NCBI RefSeq assembly: GCF_000315625.1
Contig: NW_005434658.1
Location: 401,139-465,138 of the forward strand
DNA from: Guillardia theta CCMP2712
Taxonomy: Eukaryota > Protista > Cryptophyta
Direction: 5' to 3'
DNA length: 64,000 nt
Each line of letters begins with the position of its first letter. The first letter of the stretch is position 1. The notes beneath the pieces were generated by a model. That model was not told the origin of the DNA and did not search any database. It saw nothing but the letters and a program-made list of their open reading frames with translations. The translations under genes were made by a program, and so were the position numbers. Below are positions 48,801 to 63,800 of the stretch, piece after piece.

Positions 48801-51800
48801 CAGACTTGCTGGCATCGAATCGGTTCTGCGATCGCAGCAGGAATGTCACGGAGGAGACGCCGTACTGGTAGGGAGCCAGGACGAAGGTCAGACTGCCTGA
48901 CAGCCCCTGGAGAGCGATGACAGGGCATCCAGTGCAGGATGAGGATGTCGGGGACGAGTCAGAGAGGAAAAGCTCCTTCCGTGTGACGCTGGTCACTACC
49001 ACAGTGAGGACGTTGGCCGTCTGCTGATCGAGCCCCCCGTCGGCAAACTGGAAGAAGCCCGTGTAGTTGTGTACCAGAGCCGCCGCCACCTCGTCCACGA
49101 TCAGGTAACTCTCAGCTAGGTCGGCAAGGGGAGGGAGGACGACGGGCGGGACTGAGACGTTCTGCTCGATGACGACGGGCGTTGTGATCGCAGGAGGCTG
49201 CACGACTACCTCCGGCTTCGCCACCACCTGCCCGATCTGAACCCGGAACGAGAACGTCGCCGTGTCCAGCCCCCCCCGTGCCCTCCCCCCGTTGTCAACG
49301 ATATTGAAGGTCAGGACGAAGGATCCGAAGCTGCCTGGGTCGAAGTCCACGTGAAGGAACCCGTTGTCGTAGTAGAAGGACTTGACCACCCCCCTGTCCT
49401 CCTCGCACACCTCCACAGCCACCGTCGTGTTCCCCACCCCCATCATCTCCGTCCGGCAGCGCGTCACGTTCGCCATCTCCATCCTGTACCAGCACGTGAA
49501 GCCCTCCTTCTCCTTGGTAAGGTTGCAGAAGGGTCCGGCCTGATACCCGCCGGGCCCAAGGGAGTTGGATGACGGATGAGTGAGGCCGGACGAGAGGACC
49601 TTGTTGAAGCAGGTATTCAAGCTCCCCAGGCACATGTTGGGTACTGAGCATGCTTGCGGGATATCGTCAGGATACCAACTCAGGCAGGAGAGGACGTGCT
49701 GGTCGAACGGCTGACCCTGGAGGATTGAGAAGGAGCTCTGCTGGAGTATGTAGGAGGGGGGGTCGTTAACAGGGAGAGAGCGGAGGATGAAGGATGCGGG
49801 ATGAGACTCCCGGAACTCAGCTGGGATGTTGTCGTCGTCGATGACTAGCTGGATCTGGACCGAGCACTCGCCGTACACGTTGGGGCTCCACTGGAAGGAA
49901 GTGACCCCGTAGTACCTCCCGTCCGGTCGCTTGAGAGTGATGAAGGTGGGCAGCTGTGCGAAGACGTCGGTTGCCGGCCTCGTCACCCCGACGATGCTGC
50001 ACGTGATGTTCTGCATCAGCTGCCACTGCGCGACCTTGGGGCTCTGCATCCACCGGACGCCGCTGGCGAAGTCGACGACCTTGAGACCGGCGTCCTCGTT
50101 AACCACCACGTCCATGAGCTGGAACATCGGCTTAAAGTTCGCTGACAGCAGCGTCAGCTGCGCCGTCTGCGTGATGTTGGAGGAGTCTGAACTGATCGCA
50201 AGCGTCTGCTCCCCTCCCCAGCTGGACTTCACATTAAAGGACAGCTTGCCGTCCTTGTCGATAGCTGGGGGGCTGGTGGCGATGGCGTTCTGATCACCCA
50301 GGAAGGAGGCAGAAAAGGAGGAGGAGCGACAGATGGGAGGCACGAGCTCGTGGACAACGGAGAGCGGAGGGATGGTCCCACAGGGCAGGTTGAAGCGAGG
50401 AGGCCGTGAGCGGACAAGGAGGGAGCGGAAGCAGGTCGTTACCAGCCGCTCCTTGGTGTAGTTGACCAAGTCCATGACGGTTGACTGCAGGAGCCTCCTC
50501 GCAGTTGGGGAGCTGCAATTCTCCAGCGTCTCGTTACAAGGAAGAGACGAGTTTGACGTGCTGTTGAGCTGACTCGAGCTGGAGTTGCTGGTGCTGTTGG
50601 AATCCACTGTGCCGTTAAAGCTCGTGGCGTTTGTGACGTTGGTCCCGTTGGTGCTGTTGAGAACGATCCTCCACGTCTCCATCTGCAGCTGATCGGTCAC
50701 GATCTCTTCGTAGCATTGCGTGTCTGACAGCTCCATCCGCACGGCCCCTGCCAGCCCGACGATCCCCTCACTGACTGACGCGTTGAGCCGCGACAGCTGC
50801 AGCGGCTGCTCGCTCCAAGTCTGCACCCAAGTGAGGTTTGACACGACGCGGCTGGAGGAGTCGAGGACGTCCTGAACTTTGACGTGCACGAGGGTCCGGG
50901 CGGTCGGGCTGACCGCAAACACGTTCCCTTGGTTGTCAATGTTGACAACTGAGACCCCTTGGAGGCCCTTGAGTGTGGAGAAGTCAAATTCGTACATGAC
51001 GAGCCCTGTGGTTAGGCTGGACAGGCACATCAGGCTGAGAGCTGGCGAGGGCTGGACGATCGTGGCGGACAGCAGCAGGCCAGCTGGCACCTTGAGGTGC
51101 GCTTCGTGGATTCTCCTCTCCGAGGACGGGACATCCGATCCGAACAGTCCCCTGTACTGGTCGTCGGTGATTGACATGAGCGCAGAGAACTTCGAAGTCG
51201 CCTTGTCCCATTGGAGGACGTGTACGAACGAGCTGCCCTCGTCCTCGCTGTAGGCTGGCGGGACGTGCGCGAGGGCCAGGTAGACGTCGCCGCGCTGGTG
51301 GAAGCAGACAAGGCTCGACGAGGCCTCTGGCAGCGCCTGAAACTCCACGAGCTGATCCTGCTCCCACCTGTATAGGGGCGACGACTGAGCCGACGACGCC
51401 GACTGGACACTTGCGAACCCAACGAGTAGAAGTGACCCCGTCGGGCCCTGGACCGTACAGGAAGTGATGTCCGTTACCCCTGTAACTGGCAACCTGTGCA
51501 CCAACCGGAACAGCCCGGCCTTCTCCCTTAGGAAGGGGTTCCAGTCTTGTTGGAACCACTCCCACACCGACGAAAGCCCGTCAGTCCGCTGGTTGTCGTC
51601 CTGGTAGGAGTTGCCGTACACTATGAGGTGCCTGAGGGTGCCCGAGGGGGCAGAGACGTTCAAATGAAGAACGGCAGACGCGCTGGACGTTGCGATGGGC
51701 TGGAAGAAGTCGAAGCCTAACATGTCCACCGTCTTGCCGCTCTCCAGACTCCTCCTCCCGTCGTTGTTCCACCGGAACACCGCAGACAACCACTCGCTGC

Positions 51801-54800
51801 CGACCGGCAGATGCTGAGGACGCAGGAAAGCGGCGGCCAGGAAGGGGATGCCGTCGATGGTGAAAGTGCTCAGGCGCTGGGAAGAAGAGGTGAGATGAGG
51901 AGAATGAAAGCAGAAGATGAAGAGAATTTGATCACCATGTTCAGAACCGTTGAGTTGCACGTGAAACTCTGGTTGGGCAAGACCTCAAAGTCGTACATCC
52001 AAGCCCACGGCCGCGAGTCCTGCCATCGCACGAGAAGAATCTATCAGCAAGGATGCAGTGACGTGGATCGTTGGCACCGAAGAAGCGTAGCATGGAGGAT
52101 ACTCTTGCGATGATATCGCTGCCGCCGGCTCACAGGTGGGGCAGGTGTGTACCACCTTGAAGTTGTTCCCGTCGTAGAGGCTGCTTTGAGGAAGAAGCTT
52201 CGTGTCAACAACCTGGAAGAATACGAACATCTGCTCCTGCACATCCCAGAGGTACACGTTGATCCCTCCGGCAGCATCGTAGGCCGACCTCAGGTCCGGC
52301 CTCAAGTCAGCGACAGCCAGTAGGCTCGAGTCAACTTGCTGCCCTCTGGTCGGCACTGTGAAGAACACCTTGGGGAGCAAGTCAGGAGAGGCTTGACTCG
52401 GGTCAGTTTCGTCTCACCACGTCCGTCGGGTGGCTTAGGTGGGTCAGATCCTGCAAGAAGACGAACTGCTCGACTTGTATGTCCCACTTGTAGATCTCGA
52501 CGCTGCCTGGCTGCATAATGTCGCTGCTGTCCGACCCGACCACCACAGCCAGCATCAACTCGCCGTTGACGCGGAACTCCCTAGTCATGCGGGTGAAGTT
52601 CATGCTGGAGTCGTGCAGGTCGAACATCCGCGGGCTGCCAGACGAGCTGGTCGTCAGCTGGAGGGCGAGGTGGGGGTTGTGCGGATGTACCTGGCATCTC
52701 TTGACCAGGGCAACGTGTTGGAGCTGTTGCTCATGGGCTGCTGGAAGCCGCTGAGGGATCGTTCTCCTTCTCTTATCCTGTCCACGTACTGCAGGCCGGG
52801 TGAGCGACAGGGCCAGGGCAAGGCTGGTGCCACGTCATCACCTGGATAGGGGAGCACCCGAGGGGGAGGAAGAAGACAGATAGCGCATGATCTATAGCAG
52901 CAGCTACGACTGCCGTCTGCCCTGAGACTGCCACCATTGCTGCCCCTCGGAGTGCGTCGACAAGCCTTCCGTCCAGGACCATCTGGTCTCGAACAGTCTG
53001 TAGAAACGAGTCGGTGATGGCAGAATCCACAATATCGATCGACGACATCAGATCATAGCATCGCATACTGACAATCTCAACATGACATCCAAATATGGCA
53101 TCTCTACAAAACTCATCCCTTCACCTGATGGAGAGTGAGCTCGCCGTTGAGGGTGTCGATGCAGAACACGTAGAGAGCATGTTCCGAGGCACTCGTGGCC
53201 AGCAACTTGCTGCTGTCCTTTGTCAAGGCCAGGGACGTCAGGGCGCCGAGGGGAACATAGTCGCTGCGATGAGGCCCATAACTGATCGGAAGGATCAGCA
53301 ACGAGGTTTTAAGACGGTACAAGGGATCGACCTGCAGGCAGCATCTGCAAACAAGTTCCCGTCCGACGGGTTACGGCGGAAACACATCAAGGTCTGATGC
53401 GAGACGGTCAGGGAGAAGAGAAAAACGGGCGGAGGAGGGACGAGGAGTAGGAGAGTGTGAAGGATACGAGAAGAAGGAAGCAGTGGGAAAGGGCAGCGGA
53501 GAAGAGAGCGGAGAGGAGGAGAGAAAGGGAGAGAGGAGGGGGAAACAGTCCAAGAACCTGTGAGCTGTAAGAGGCTACATAAATGAACCTCCCGTCATTC
53601 GACATCTCTGTGGGCGAATTCAGTGCGTTCCTGCAATCGCAAGGAGACCAACCCATGTCGACAGGGTGGAGCATGTTCACTCTGAACTCAGTCTGCATCC
53701 TGTACAAGTTGGAGAACACAGGCTTGCGGCTCCAGACGGAGGAGTTCTGCGTCAGATTCCGATGCGCGCCCAAGAGAACCCATCGTGTCCCTGAGCGCCA
53801 GAGGTCAGAGGGCCTCGTCAACAGACCCTTCCGGTCTAGTCTCACCGTTGGTCGTCCACGTTGACGCGTCGTTGACGTAGGAGGATGGGAGGAATTGGCC
53901 TGAAGCCGCCAAGTCAGAGCCAGCGAAGGCGGGCAGCACCGGCACTGACCGCTAGAAGAATCCTTGTTGAGAGTCTGCAGCGTTTGAACCCCGTTCAGGC
54001 TGGAGCCATTCCAACGGAACATGGAGGAGTTGTAGAGGGCCTCGTCTTGAGTGACAAGCAGAAAGAACGTGCCGGTTGCCTGCCAGCTCGGTGAGACTTG
54101 GGATAGAGCAGAGGGGTCAAGAGACTTCGAAGCTCGAGAGACTTGTGGCTGAGCGGGTGTGAAGGGACTGCAGCAGGAGAAACCGGCTCCTCATGGAGAG
54201 GTCGAGGTTGGTGAGCTGGTAGACTAAGGTGTCCTCGAAGTATTGGGTGAACATGAGCAGGATGCAAGTTTGCTGTGGGCAGAAGTCAGGGGACAGGGCA
54301 AGAGGAGGGGAGGCTCTAGATGACTGACGTTCACCCTGACGAACAACACGTTGGTGGCTGCGACGGTCGGAAACTGCTGGTACTCGAAAACCTGAGGTCG
54401 TGAACTTGAGCTTGACTTGTCCGAGATTCTCAATAAACAACCTCAGCGTCGAGGAGGCGATCGCCTGCCTTGTCTCTCACAGCAAACAACCTTGACGGCA
54501 CAGCATAGGTGCTCCTGCAGGACAAGGGAGGTCAAGAGGGCACGAGGATTGAGCACCATACATGTCTCGATCGTAGTAGCTCGCAAAGGCAACGAGTGAG
54601 AAATTCTGTAGGGTGATGGAGTCGACAGCGACGGCCCCCTTGGTATCGAGCTGGTAGGGACGTAGAGTGTCGACGGGCCAGAGCCTGGTCAAGGAAGGTG
54701 AGGAGCGAGGCAAGAGAGGGCCAGCAGCATCAGCACTGACCTCGACGTCGTCATGGCGATCGTCGTGTCAACAGTCTCAGTCAGCCCCGGGCAGGCGGAA

Positions 54801-57800
54801 TGGTCGGCGCCATGGCAGTAGAGCGATCGCATCGCTTCCTGCTTTCTCCCGACCACCCTCGCGCCTGTGGCCACGACGAGCCGCACACAGTGGGTGATGT
54901 TGAGCAGGAGCTGATCGATGTTGGAGCGACAGGTGCAGTTGCTGTGCGGGCTGAGGAGGGGGAGGGGAGCGGAGGGAGACAGCGAGTAGTTCGACCCGTG
55001 GGACGAAGCAAGGCGGAACCAGAACGAGACTCTTCCTGTGCCGTCCACGAAAAGCTCAGCCCTGAAGCCTTCTCCTGTCGGGTGCGTCGCTGTCACAAAC
55101 CCATCCCGCTGGCAGGTCAAAGTGCCCGAGCCCTCCCAGTCTTGCTCGACGAGCGTCACGGTGCCAGTCATCGCCGTCTCGTTGCAGGCGTCGTCCTTCA
55201 AGGCACAGCCGGGCCCGTAGAAGATCTCGAGGGATGAGCCCGGCAGGTAGTTCTGACCGGCCGACTGCACTTTGACCTCACTCAACCGCCCGTCTGTGGT
55301 GTCAAAGTCTGCTGAGAAACCTTGACCGATGTCAGCGAGGGAGGTGGCCCTGAGGGTCCCAGGAATGTACCCGACACCTTGACAAAGGTCAGCGAGATCA
55401 GGCGAGCAGGGGCAGGTCAAGTCACCAGCATCGAGGATGTCGACAAGAGAGATTGACAAGGGGCGCTCGTCTTGCGGGAACAGCGAGACTGACGCGGGGG
55501 ATACGAAGGAGAAGTCAAGGCACTCATTGAAGCTGGTCTTGCCGTTGCATCTGCAGCTGGACTGTGAGCTGGAGGTGATGAGGAGAGACCCTGTGATGTT
55601 GGTTCCGCGATCACTCGCTGCTCTGAACCTGATCTCCAGCACTCCAGACGCGTTCAGGATGTAGGCTTTGAACCCGCCTCCACCTGTAGAGCAGGCAAAC
55701 AAGTCAGGGCGGAGGGAGAGGAAAAATTCAACGAACCTGTCAACACGTCTTGCGCAGTGCAGTTCGCAATGAGCTGGGGCTTCGTGAGCGATATGATGCC
55801 CACTGATCCAACCACGTTCTTCTTCCGGCACCCTGCCCCTTCATCTGCGCAGTCATCGCCGTACACGAAGCTCAGTGTCGTGCCAGGGAACAAGGGGCGG
55901 TCAGGGAAGAAGTTCAGACTAGTCAAGGGCCCTGACGCAGAGAAGTTGCCGACGATCTGGTCGGGCAGGCCGTCGGTCAGGGAGCGGACGAGCCCGTGGG
56001 GAGGAAAGTTCAGCCCGGGGTCTGCCATCTCGTAAAAGAGGACTGGCGAAGGTCCCAGCCAGCGGTAGATCGAGCTCTGCCCGAGGAAGTTGGCAACGGC
56101 GGCGGCGCGGGGAGCGGAGAAGGGAGGAACGGACAAGAGGCTGATGCCCATGGTGCCGGGGGTTTGGACCTTTTGGACCGGAGCAGGAGGCTGTAGGAGA
56201 TCGAAGACGTTCCAGATGGTGAGGTAGTCCGACTGCCGTTCTCCCAGGGGAAAGTTCCCTAGTATCAGGATTCTTGTGCCGGACGAAAGGTCGGTCAAGG
56301 CTTGAATGGCACTGGACCCTCCGTACGCGTCCCCAAGGGGGTCTGGCAGGCAGCCGGAGACTTGCAGGCAGTCTTGAAGCCCCTTGACCCCCCAGAGCTT
56401 TGGGACGACTCGACTCATCCTCTTCATACCCTTCTTCGTCATCGTCGTCAGCTTCTCTCCCCCCGCCACATGCGCAATGAGGCATCCGGTCACGTTGGGG
56501 TACCCATTGGCGTCTGTCTGGTTTCCATTCTGTACACATCGACACCCGTGGTCAGACACGAAGAGCTCGACCTGGTCGGGGACGTTGGTGCCATGGTCAC
56601 TGACCGACATGAAGGACGTGCTGACGATCTCCGTGCCGTTGGTTATGTAGCTGGCCACGAACCCGAAGCCTTTTCCCGCTGTGTACACCTTGCCGTTGGC
56701 GGTGCAGTTGTACATGGTCGCGTTAACCCTGCGCTCGAGGTAGGTCACGGTGCCCTGCTGCCTCACGCTCCTGCACTCGGCAACGCTTGACGATGTCGCG
56801 CAGCCCTCCCCGTAGGTGACGAGGAGCTTGACGAGGTTGTTCCTCAGGCGCGGCCCGCTCTCCCTCACCGTCACCTGCGAGATGGCGTTGGAGGCGTCGA
56901 CGCTGAACTGAGCTGAGAAGTCGGGGAAGAGCAAGTCGTTGGACTTCATGGTCAGCCAGCCGTCCACGAAGCCCTTTCCCCCGTCCTCAATGATCACAGT
57001 GTCTACTGGTCCATCACCCTGGGGTACCTGGAAGGCTTCCGAGAAGGCCCAGACTGAGCTAGCAGCGATGAAGAAGAAGGAGGTGATCGAGCCGCCGGCT
57101 GAGTGCGCTAGGAAGGCGTTTATCGGGACAGAGCCGGCAGTGTCATTGAAAGCACATGGCACTGCGTTGGGAAGAGGCGGAGACGTCAGGCTGCGCAGGG
57201 CGAACGACCAGCCTGGGAGGTTGGTAGCTGATGCTTGTGAATATCTCAGGTAGAACTTCTTGTACCCACAAAATGTAGTCAGGCAAACTTTCTGCCACAG
57301 AGGCCTCCAAGTCAAGGAAGTCAGGACATTTGATTCCTCCCACACCGACAAGATCGTCTCTTTGTTCCCATAGCTCCAGGTTGGAGTAGGACACTTGAGG
57401 GTGTAGGAGTTGCCATAAGGTTCTCCAAACACGAAGCCGAGCTTGCTTCCAGTGCTGATCGCATATCCCATCGTCTCCGCGTACCTCGTCTGGAACGAGC
57501 CACCGGGGCCCTCCACTGGTACTGTGGTTGTGAATCGACACTTGTATCGCAGCGTTGACTCGAAGACCCCCTTCAGGCTGATCATAGGCGACGTCTCTTG
57601 CCCAGCCACTTCAGCATCCACGAAGTCCATGGAAGGGGAGATGCCGGGGACCTTTCCCCAGTACCTCGAAGGCTGCGATGGACTGTCTGCGAGCTTCAGG
57701 AACCTGTTGAACCTGAGGGAGACTTGGGAGGTAGACAAGGCGCCTTTCCACAGGGTCAGCATCTTGATCATGCCGACGTGGTTGTAGCTCTGAAAAGGAA

Positions 57801-60800
57801 TGGGCTTGAACGTGTTGGTGTAGTTGCCGATGGTGACGGGCACGGGGCCTGAAGCGTAACAGACTGTCGGGTCTTGGGGGTGGTAGTAAGGATAGTAGAT
57901 CGCCCCGCAGGGAGGCACGTCGCATGCAGCAGCAGTGCTGTTCCTGGTCCCCAAGTCCTTGGCTGTGACGAAAAGTTTGAGGTTGAAGCCGTCGTAGATA
58001 GCTACGATGTGGAACCATGTGCCATAGATGCACTTGCATTCAGTCGGGCTGAAGAACGAAGACAGCAAGTTAACGGCGACGCGCCGGAAGAGTCCGTTGA
58101 CTGCCCCGAGCTTCTCCGTGGCGACATCCAAGTAGAAAGAGATCTGGTTGGTTGCCAACACCTCGTAAGAAAGCATCCAGCCCTTGTTGCATGAACCAGC
58201 TTCGTTGTTCCTGTCCCCCGAGGCCGCAGCAAAGATTGTTCCCAGTGACTGCGACCCTGATGGTGCCACTGGCTTGTCGACGGTCACCCATGCTTCCACA
58301 GAGAAGGCGTGAGTAGGAAGAGCTGAATCGACGTAGTTGGTGCTGGTGACGCTCCTGATGTCGTTGGTCAGAAACAGGCCCGAGTTGAGCACCCCGTCAA
58401 ACTGGACGGCCTCAACCTCTCCATTGTTTGCAATCACGTTCAGCAGCCCGTAGTTCTCCGACCCCGCCAGCCACTCCAGGTTGTCGGGATACACCCTGCA
58501 CGTAGGGCCCATGAGCAGGAGCGAGCTGAGCTTGCTGCTGCTTGCCAGGTTCTGGAAGGTGGAGGGGAAGATCTCGAGGTCGAGGCTGGGCTCCAGGCAC
58601 GTAGGGAGGACGTAGCTCTTCCTGCGGAAGGTGCAGCCAACATCCGCCTCGCATGCCAGGCTCATGCCGTCGCTCAAGGTGAAGGTGCAGGATCCTTGCT
58701 GGCAGATCTCCCCTTCTCTATAGCTCGAGACGCTCTGGTTCCCTCGCATGCTCTGCTCAGTGAAGTCCCAGTAGCCGATGAGCTCAGCGTCAGCCGCGTA
58801 GTCGATGGGCAGGGAGGATGCGAGGCTTCGGGACAGGAAGGATCTTTCCACACAGCCGTTACCGACCCCGAAGAGACTGGGGTCATCACTTTGACCCTGC
58901 AACTGAGGGAAAGATTGCAAAACACACAGGTCAGGCGTGTAAACTTGATCAGGCGTGTAGTCGAAGACTCGCTCCACGTCCGTGCTCTTAAACCTGACGC
59001 GCTCCTCGTCATGGGCTCTTCTCGTGAGGAAACTGAGCTCCATGCCAGGAGTGGTTGAGACAGACCAGACGGACAGAGTGTCAGAGACAGCTTCAGGCGA
59101 GTAGGCGTACATCTCATCGGAGCTGAAGACAAGCTCCATGCTGTACTCGAGTCCTCTGGTGGACAAGACCTTGTCCTGAGCTCGCTGATAGAAGATGAAG
59201 TCACTCGGATTGAGGACGAACGACATGTTGGTCTCGTTGCTCGCCGTTTGATTGGACGTCAGACTGGAGGTGTTGGAACCGTTGGTTGCCAGCAGAGGCA
59301 CCGAAGAGCTTTCCCTTGCGACAAAGGCGGAGAATGAGGAGTCTAGGAAGGTGCCCTGTCGCAGCAAGGTCGCGTAGGAGGAGATCTGCCGCTCACCGAG
59401 GTAGGACATGAGCAGGATCGACTCGTTCTTACTGGAAGAGTAGCTGCTGGCCCTGACGCCAGGGACGAGCTCACAGGGCGAAGAAGGGACGAGGGAGCTG
59501 CCGATGCTGGATATTATCCTCTTGGTGTCTTGGAGTGAGATGTTAAAGTAGCCCTGGCTGTACTCCAACAGCGAGGGGCAGGATATGGACGACAGGTTCG
59601 CACTAGGCTCGAAGATGTTGTACATCACCCTGGCGACTGAGAAGGGCTGTGGTGTCTCCAATATGATGACGAGGGACTTCGTCGTCTTGTTCACTCCCGC
59701 GTACTTCCCGTTGGTCACCTCGCACGCCGCCAACTGCTCGGCGCTCACGTTCAACGTCTGGTTGCAGTAGCTCACGATGTCGTTCAGCATGCCGTCGTCG
59801 ACGAGGGTCAAGTTCATCGTTGACGACCCAGACTGGTCGGATCTGAGCTGGAAGACCAGCTTGCCGCTCCTGGCATCTACCGACGGGAGCCTGCGGAAGA
59901 GTACGGGGTTCGAGACTTCCGTGACCACGAAGGAGAGCGCCTGGACCTCGCAGAACTTGGAGCTCACGGAACAGTCTTCGTTGGGCCCGGCGGAGATGTT
60001 GGTTGCCAGTTCAAACTCCTGCAGGGTCAGGAGGCCTGGCGGTAGGACGAGCCGGTCGAAAAGGAGGGAGAAAGTGGGAGGACTGTTCACATGGCTGACG
60101 GTGAAGTTGATGTCGTGAGAGACCGTGAAGGAAGAGATCGCTGGGTACGAGAGGTCCGCGAGCGTGATCCTGATTGTGCTCGTGCCGTACTCGAAGGGTC
60201 GGAGAGCGAAGTGGAGAACACCGTTGGTGTCAACGGAGGGAGGAGGAGAAGAGAGGAAGAGCTGTGGATGGGACATCTGGAGGGAGAAGGAGTACGAGTA
60301 GGTGAGAGTCCCGTTGGTCGTCAGCAGATGTTGCGTCCTGATGTTGCTGGCGACCTGAGCGGCAGACTGCGAGGAACCTTCGAAGAGCACGACGTCCTGC
60401 ACGTCGAACGCTGCCCTCCTTGCTACCAAGATGGTGAGAGGGCGAGGGAGGGAGATGTTGGTGCCTTGTGCCATACTGTCGTCCTGCAGCAAGACCGTGA
60501 ACTGGACCACACCGTGCTTGTTGGGACTGAGCCGGAAGGACAGAGTGCCGTTGGAGTCCATCGTCGGCAGTTGAGCGAAGAGGGAGGAGGCGTCTGTTTC
60601 ATTGTCGGGGACGAGGAGGAAGGAAACCTGCTGCGTCCTGCACTCGAACTGGTCGGGATGGGCCCTGAGCTGCTGGTCACAGGACTGCTCCAACAGGGAC
60701 CCAGCAGAGATGTTGACGGCGACGCCCAGCTTGACGTGCAGGAGTTCTGAGAGGAACTCGTTCTCGCACGTGCCACCCGACAGGCAGTCAGCTGCTGTCG

Positions 60801-63800
60801 TGCAGCTCCGGTTGTCCCCCTCGAGTCGGCACTCTCCTCGACCTCTGCACTTTCCCCCTCCGGTGCACTCGCCGTCGGCGAGGCAGAGGGCGCCGTTGTT
60901 GGGGGTGGAGCAGGAGCAGACTCCGATGTCTTCGCAGGCAACATCTCCAAAGACGCTGCACATACAGCCAGTAACGCAGGTGTTGGACCCGTTGTAGTAG
61001 ACTCCTTCCTCACAAGCTCCAGGACAGTCGCTGTTGGCCCCGCAGCGAGCCCCGGCTCGAGGGCCAGACGAGCACAGCGAGTGAGAGTACTGACAGCGGG
61101 CGTAGCAGCGCCCATCGATAGGGTTCTCGACGCAGGAAGAGTCCTGCATGACTTCAAGCTGGTCGGCGACAAGGGCGAAAGTCGGGCGGAAGTTGCCGAC
61201 GAGGCGGGAGACTTGGAGGGGAGTCTTGGACGTCTCTCTGTTCCTTCCCCCGTACATCTCGCTCCCGGAGTCATGCAGTGTCACGTTGTAGGAGGCCGTG
61301 CCGTACGCCAGGTCATTGAGCTCGAAGATGAAGACTGTGTGCTTGTTGGTCTCCCCGAACGGGAAGCGGATCGACGGCCGGCCCATGTCGGGGCCCGCGA
61401 ACCTCTCGAGGCTGAACCACAGGCTCTGGTTCTCCTCTCCCCACCCTCCTGCCGTCACGTTGTCCACCAGATTGTGAATCATCAGCGTCAGGCCCGAGCA
61501 GTGGACTCGAGGGTACTGGAAGTAGACCGAGGAGCCAGAGGGCAGCCAGTCCCCGGGCCCAGCGGAGACGTTGATGGAGACTGAGACCGGCCGGTCCGAG
61601 TCGAACCGAGTGAGGAAGTCGATGACAAATACGTCAAACTTCAGCTCGGCGAGCAGGTGGGTGGTGACGGTTGACTCGAGGCAGAAGCGAGAGCACTCGA
61701 GGTCGAGGAGGACAGGCTGGTCATGCGGCATACATGCAAAGAGGCAGGGGTGGGCCTTGAGCGGGGACGACGGCAAGAAGTGAAGCTGAAAGCTCGAGCG
61801 GAAGATGGCAGCGTTGCTCTTGTTGACGCTCTGACTGCACTGAGTGACGTTGTCCTCGAAGGAAACCTTCAGTGAGGAGTTCACCGCAGACGAGGCGAAT
61901 ACGCTGGTGATCACATGCTGGACCCTCTCCTGGACTTGCTGGACCCTCTCCTGGACTTGCTGGATTGCAGCCCTCTTGGTCGGGACCCGCACAAGAAACG
62001 AGATCGAAGTCAGCAGCGAGACATTGCGAAAGTCTCCCCCTTCACAAGTCCCGTTCAGCACAGCCCCAGCTAGGTCCTTGGAGCTGCAGGAGGCGGAAGA
62101 GACGTTGTAGGAGGACGAGTACAGCGACAGGTTTCCTGTCACGTCGTTGACGAAGTGGTCGAGCTCGTGGCACTGGGGCTCAAGGGACCTCTCCTGGGAC
62201 GAGATGTCGACGCAGAACATGAGCTGAAGGTGAGAGCTGCTGGAGTTGGAGCACAGGGAGTCCCAGTCGAGTGCGGAGAAGAGAGGATCGAGGGAGAAGG
62301 AGGGTGCGTCGTTGACGCTGATGACGTGGAAGACGAACCGCGAGCTAGGAGAGCGGTTGCTCTCCCTCCCTCCCGACAACCCGCTGTCGAGCAAAGAGAT
62401 GTCGTACACGAGCTTGCCGTGGTGCTGGGGGAGCAGGGAAGCTCGGAGCGTTCCGTTGGAGTCCACGTTGATAGCCTCGGACAGGAGCTGCCCCCATCCA
62501 TCCGCGGCAGCTGGGGAAGAGGAGGCGTTGACCCAGTTCTGCCCCTGCTGGAAAGGCACCTGGTAAGACTGGAGGACGAGAAGGAAAGAGACGGTCTGTC
62601 GCTGTTCGTTGGCCGGGCCCTGGGAAATGTTGACTGCAAAACCTTGCAGGGTGAACTGGAGCCCCTCGCAGTCCCCAGCTGAGATGGCGGACTGACAGCT
62701 CTCGAGCATCGTTACCTCCGCCAAGGTCAGCTGGAAGGAGGGAGGCTGGTTGCTCCGGGTCACGTTGATGGTCAGGTTGAGCGAGATGGAGACGTTTGAC
62801 TGGTTCACCCCAGTCGGGCCGGAGTCCAGCAGGTCAACCCGGTAGAGCACGAAGCCGATGGCGTCGGGGGCAAGTATGAAGGACAGGTTGCCGCTAACTG
62901 CATCTAGCTCTGGCTCCTGCAGGATCAGCCAGGAGGGAGGCAGCTGAGCTGTAGCTGAGACGTTGGTGGGGCAGGGCCAGCAATCGCAGTCCATGAGCTG
63001 CCCGCCGTAGCAGAGAGGGCCGACGACGTCGAGGGGAGTCAAAACGAAGGTCAACTTCTGGTCCTGGTCTTCCTTTGGACCTGCGATGAGGTTGTGAGTG
63101 AAGAGATCGAGGAAGAGGATGGGGAAAGAGGATGGGCCATGGAAGGAAGAGGAGAGGAGAAAGGAAAGAGGCAAAGGTGGAGGTAGAGAGGTTGAGGCGA
63201 AGAGATGAAAGGAGGAGGAGGAAAGGAGGAGAGAGGAGAAAACGAGGAGGATGATAGAATTTACCTGCACTGATGTTCTTTGCCAAGCCCTCGATGACGA
63301 TGAGTTCGCCGGCAGGCTGGTGGGTCTCATAGACCGTGACGACGTCCTGCTGGAACTCAAAGGTAGGAGCGTCGTTGAGTGGGTCCACGACGACGGTGAC
63401 GTTGTGAGAGTACGAGCTGCCGACGAGCGAGACGAGCAGACGGCAGACGCAGTAGCTGTTGGCCGAGGGCCTGAAGGACAGGAAGGCGTCGCAAGTCTGG
63501 TTGAACGAGCAGGGCGGGACCTCCACGTGGGGCTCGACTTCGAAGCAATCTTGCAGGCAGCTCTCCGACGACTGGACGGTGTACTCGGCCGTTTGCAGGA
63601 GGCCGGGGATGAGCTTGCGGAGGTTGCCCCGCAACGTGATGTTGGTGAGGAGGTGAAAGGTCTGCAAGCTGGAGTCTTCCAGGGCTCCGACGGTGTCATG
63701 GAGGAGGACAGCGTGATAAAGCTCCTGCTCACTGTCAATCTGCTGCACCACGAGCTCACTGTAGAGGAGCTGGATCCCCGAGATGCTGATGGGAGAGCTT

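Noticed and set aside
61918-61963. 21-bp in-frame duplication (QQVQERV x2) in the giant gene
   Set aside because: Ordinary slippage duplication with no further signal.
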